The notes beneath the pieces are model-generated. The model was not told the origin of the DNA. It saw nothing but the letters and a program-made list of their open reading frames with translations, and ran no database searches. A stretch of 19,250 nt of DNA from Promethearchaeota archaeon. GTDB lineage: Archaea > Asgardarchaeota > Lokiarchaeia > Sigyniarchaeales > SOKP01. Position 1 is the stretch's first letter. Each line of letters starts with the position of its first letter. A program made the translations under genes and the position numbers. Positions 15,966 to 19,250 of the stretch are shown here, piece by piece. The DNA is taken from assembly GCA_004524535.1 (NCBI GenBank), contig SDNY01000069.1, positions 1 to 19,250 on the forward strand, read 5' to 3'.

Positions 15966-16415
15966 TTATATTATTGATTTCATTAATTCAATAAATTCCT
16001 CAAAATTTATTTTATCATCTCCATCCATATCTACTTCTTTTAACATGGCTCTGATTTGCATCTCATTTAAATTTTCCCCTACTTCTTTCATAATACGTTT
16101 CAATTCATCTAAAGTAACATATTTATTTCCATCGCAATCACATATCTTAAAGGCTTCTATTAGTTTTTCTTCTTGGACTTTAAAATGTATGTATTTCTTA
16201 TATAAGCTCAAGAACTCATGGAACGTAATATATCCATCCTGATTCAAATCATTATCATTCATCATTTCTAAGAGCTCTTTTTCTGTAAAATGATGTCCAA
16301 GTGCTTCATAAACATTTCCTAATTCATTGATCGTTATAGATCCACTTCTATCTTCATCAAACAAGGCAAATTGCTCTCTTATATTATGTAATTCTTCATC
16401 TCCAATTTCAAACAA
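15966..16415 (-). CDS. Calmodulin-like four-EF-hand protein (149 aa)
   Basis: EF loops DEDRSGSITINE, DLNQDGYITFHE, DCDGNKYVTLDE, DMDGDDKINFEE at calmodulin spacing; TTG start with GAGGG about 10 nt upstream. Confidence 0.92.
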   Translation of the reverse strand: MFEIGDEELHNIREQFALFDEDRSGSITINELGNVYEALGHHFTEKELLEMMNDNDLNQDGYITFHEFLSLYKKYIHFKVQEEKLIEAFKICDCDGNKYVTLDELKRIMKEVGENLNEMQIRAMLKEVDMDGDDKINFEEFIELMKSII

Positions 16416-16458
16416 GATTTTTTAACCCTCTTTTTAGTTCTGTTATCAATATTTTTTG

Positions 16459-17934
16459 TTAATAACTCTTAGCAAGATATACTGTACATGAGGCAGGTTC
16501 TCCACAAATTATACAACTTGCAAATTCATGTTTTTCTTCATCCACACGCTTTCCTCGTACAAAAGCTCCAATTTCTTTTTCAACAACTTCGGCACATCTA
16601 ATTCCTTTATTATCTATAGAGCAAAAACCACAACACACAATCTTACCATTTTCAATTGCTTCCATAGCTGAATCTTTTTCATAACATAATTCTATTTGAG
16701 ATTCGAAATCTAACATCTTCTTTTCTTTAATTTCTTTTGTATAATTTTCAGCCATGTTTTCTATAAATGATTCAATTTCCTTATTTTTTATATTGAATTT
16801 TTGGCCATCATGTCTTTTTACTATGACTACTTGATTATTTGCCACGTCCTTAGGTCCAATTTCAATTCTGAATGGAACACCTTTCATTTCCCAGTAATAA
16901 AATTTACTACCAGGAGATTCATCAGAATCGTCCAGTTTTACTATATATTTATCCCTAATTGTCTCGTAGACTTCTTTACATTTCTCTAAAACATTCTTCT
17001 CTTTTCCTTTAATTAATATTGGAACTATAACAATTTGAATTGGTGCTAAATCGAATGGTAAAATTAATCCCTTATCATCCCCTAAATACGCAATCATCGC
17101 ACCATAGATTCTACTTATGGCAGGGCCATAGCAAGTTTGATAACCATACTTTTCATTTCCATCTTTATCAACAAATTTAACATTGAATGGCTTTGAAAAG
17201 TTCTGACCAAGTAGGTGAGTAGAAGGGAGTTGTAATACTTTTCCAGATCCCATGAGAGCATCGGCTGCGTAAGTATTAATCGCACCCGCAAATTTGTCCC
17301 ATTGAGGACGCTCAAAAAAGATGATTGGAATACAGAATTCATCTTGAAGCATTTGATAGGTCATTTTCATATCTTCATGCACTTGCGCCATAGCATCATC
17401 TTCTGTGGCAAAAACATCATGGGCTTCTATCCAATGAAATTCTCTTCCTCTAAAAAATGGACGCGTCATTTTTCCTTCATAACGCCATACCTGACATGAT
17501 TGATATCTTTTAAATGGCAAATCTTTATAACTTCGAATCCAAATGCTATACATTGGATAAAGAGCCGTTTCACTCGTAGGGCGAAGTGCTAATCTTTCGC
17601 TTAAGGGACCTGAGCTTCCTGCTTCAGTAATCCAAAACACTTCTGGTGCAAACCCTTCCACATGGGTAGCTTCTAACATAAGATTACTTTCGGGAATTAA
17701 AGAAGGCATTGTGAGTGGTAAGTGCCCATTTTTTTCCAGAAGCTCCTCGTATTTTCTATACATCTTTCGAATACTAATAGTAGCCCAAGGTCTATAACAC
17801 ACAAATCCTTTTACATTATATCTAATATCCGCCAGCTCGGCTTTCTCAATTATTTCAGTATACCACGCAGAAAAATCCTCGTCTTTCGAAACTGTAATTC
17901 CCGTTATTGGCGCTTCTTTTTTCTTTTTTGCCAT
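16459..17934 (-). CDS. proS: Proline--tRNA ligase, archaeal/eukaryotic type
   Basis: DFSAWY, HVEGFAPEV, LALRPTSE, WRYE..TRPFFRGREFHWIEAH, THLLGQNFSKPF, WEMKGVPFRIEIGPKD, C-terminal CIICG..AKSY. ATG 17934 preferred over TTG 17946. Confidence 0.96.
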   Translation of the reverse strand: MAKKKKEAPITGITVSKDEDFSAWYTEIIEKAELADIRYNVKGFVCYRPWATISIRKMYRKYEELLEKNGHLPLTMPSLIPESNLMLEATHVEGFAPEVFWITEAGSSGPLSERLALRPTSETALYPMYSIWIRSYKDLPFKRYQSCQVWRYEGKMTRPFFRGREFHWIEAHDVFATEDDAMAQVHEDMKMTYQMLQDEFCIPIIFFERPQWDKFAGAINTYAADALMGSGKVLQLPSTHLLGQNFSKPFNVKFVDKDGNEKYGYQTCYGPAISRIYGAMIAYLGDDKGLILPFDLAPIQIVIVPILIKGKEKNVLEKCKEVYETIRDKYIVKLDDSDESPGSKFYYWEMKGVPFRIEIGPKDVANNQVVIVKRHDGQKFNIKNKEIESFIENMAENYTKEIKEKKMLDFESQIELCYEKDSAMEAIENGKIVCCGFCSIDNKGIRCAEVVEKEIGAFVRGKRVDEEKHEFASCIICGEPASCTVYLAKSY

Positions 17935-17993
17935 AACAATCAACAAATAAAATATTTCAAAAATTATTAATTTTTCTCTTAATTAAATCGTTT

Positions 17994-18530
17994 ATGAGTA
18001 AACAATTAATAACCGATGAATCTCGAACTTCCTATATAAATAGATTTAAAAAAATGCAGGAGTTAGGATTCACTGAAAAAGGAGATGAATTATTTAGATC
18101 AAGACTGGTTGCTGAAGCTGAACAAGTAGATAATTTACATGTTAAATCTAAAATCGGTGAATTTGAAATAGAGAATGATGCACCAGAAGCATTAGGCGGG
18201 AGTAACGCAGCTCCAGCGCCAATGCCAATGTTGTTAGCAACCATAGCAAACTGCCTTGAAATTACAGCCCTGTTATATTTTTCATTCTTAAAAGTTAATG
18301 TAGATTCAATAAAAGTAAGAGTAGAAGCGACTTTTGATAAAAGATGTGTCCTGCCAGATAAAGAAGCTCCATTACCAGGTTTTTATAATATAAACTATGT
18401 TTGGTATATTGAATCAAAAGAAAAATTGCGAAAGATTAAAGAAGTATTGGAAAAAGTAGAGAAATTTTGCCCAGTGAAAGGTACTTTAACAAGGAATCAT
18501 GATTATAAACAAAAAATAGTCTTAGTATAA
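17994..18530 (+). CDS. OsmC/Ohr-like family protein
   Basis: DAPEALGGSNAAPAPMPMLLATIANC and distal FCPVKGTL, the two conserved cysteine contexts of the family. Confidence 0.85.
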   Translation: MSKQLITDESRTSYINRFKKMQELGFTEKGDELFRSRLVAEAEQVDNLHVKSKIGEFEIENDAPEALGGSNAAPAPMPMLLATIANCLEITALLYFSFLKVNVDSIKVRVEATFDKRCVLPDKEAPLPGFYNINYVWYIESKEKLRKIKEVLEKVEKFCPVKGTLTRNHDYKQKIVLV

Positions 18531-18552
18531 CATTGAATAAAAAAAAAATTAA

Positions 18553-19250
18553 TTAAGCCTCATCTGGAAGTAATTTTAAATCTGTGATCACTGAATCTTC
18601 AAGTAATTTTACCTTATAACCTTTTGATTCTAAATATCTTTTTATTTCCTCCCCAATTTCTTTCAATTTAGCTTTATTTTCTGAGGGTACACCAAAGCGA
18701 ATTAAAGATTGGGCAGACTCGAATATCTGTGTATCTGGTAAATTATCAACAGACGTAATACTGAATTGAGTGGCACCCGCAGTTCTCGCAATTTTTTTAA
18801 TCTCTTCTTCTAATGAACCAAACGTGAAAAATTGTCTACTCCTTTTTTCAAATTTCTCTGCTATTATTTTTTCTAAATTTTCTCTCGATTTCTCGTCATA
18901 AAAAGCGGTTAATTCTTGTCTACAAATATTCTTATATTTTCCCGATATTAAATTCTCCTTGTCTTCAATAAAGTCTATTAAAGAATGAAAGTATTTCTCA
19001 TCAATTTTTTGAAAATTCTCTACGTTTCTTATGAAATCAGTTAATTTATCTATTAAATCATAATAAAACTTTAAATTGGATTTAATTATTAATTTATCGT
19101 CCATTTCCTTTATTTCAGGATAATATTTTTTCAGTATAAGATTTATTTGTTTATTAAAATCAGCGCATACTTTAGCAACATTATCCGCAATTTTGATAGA
19201 TTTCTTTTCTAATAATTCAAGCAAATAAACTTCCCATTGAGGTAATTCAT
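18553..19250 (-). CDS. Hypothetical helical protein, probably 5'-truncated by the window edge
   Basis: The frame stays open upstream of TTG 19224 (..ELPQWEVY-LLELLEKK) to the end of the window; no family recognised. Confidence 0.7.
   Translation of the reverse strand, partial: ELPQWEVYLLELLEKKSIKIADNVAKVCADFNKQINLILKKYYPEIKEMDDKLIIKSNLKFYYDLIDKLTDFIRNVENFQKIDEKYFHSLIDFIEDKENLISGKYKNICRQELTAFYDEKSRENLEKIIAEKFEKRSRQFFTFGSLEEEIKKIARTAGATQFSITSVDNLPDTQIFESAQSLIRFGVPSENKAKLKEIGEEIKRYLESKGYKVKLLEDSVITDLKLLPDEA

Noticed and set aside
1006-17970. Short antisense or overlapping ORFs in the track (e.g. 1006-1239, 1992-2213, 3307-3519, 10354-10704, 14063-14293, 17115-17342)
   Set aside because: All lie within or largely overlap well-supported longer genes and show no recognisable motifs; shadow ORFs.

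Overview
AT-rich, gene-dense archaeal window, most likely Asgard (Lokiarchaeia-like). That placement is an inference from the bifunctional fae-hps, the archaeal/eukaryotic-type ProRS, TATA-type promoters, paired GPH-family MFS transporters, an orphan 7TM protein and a calmodulin-like protein. Ordinary content: fae-hps, an RHH/UPF0175 + PIN (DUF3368-like) toxin-antitoxin pair, a D-aminoacylase-family amidohydrolase, two MFS transporters, a nitroreductase, a YfcE/MJ0936 metallophosphoesterase, an M24-fold hydrolase, proS, an OsmC-like protein and two hypotheticals. Most notable: (1) a 149-aa four-EF-hand protein that aligns without gaps to eukaryotic calmodulin, directly behind proS and tail-to-tail with a 7TM gene; (2) a two-gene membrane system in which a single-pass surface protein with a GPS/GAIN-like H-F|S motif is followed by a membrane-tethered double winged-helix regulator with an apparently paralogous ectodomain; (3) a TrmB-like protein split by about 550 aa of 22-residue amphipathic repeats with a GFFFGKKKK motif near the midpoint. 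Non-coding signals include a 20-bp duplication of the fae-hps 3' end beside the TA module, a 106-bp MITE-like inverted-repeat element and a probable stable-RNA leader leaving the left edge. All assignments are by eye; no searches were run.
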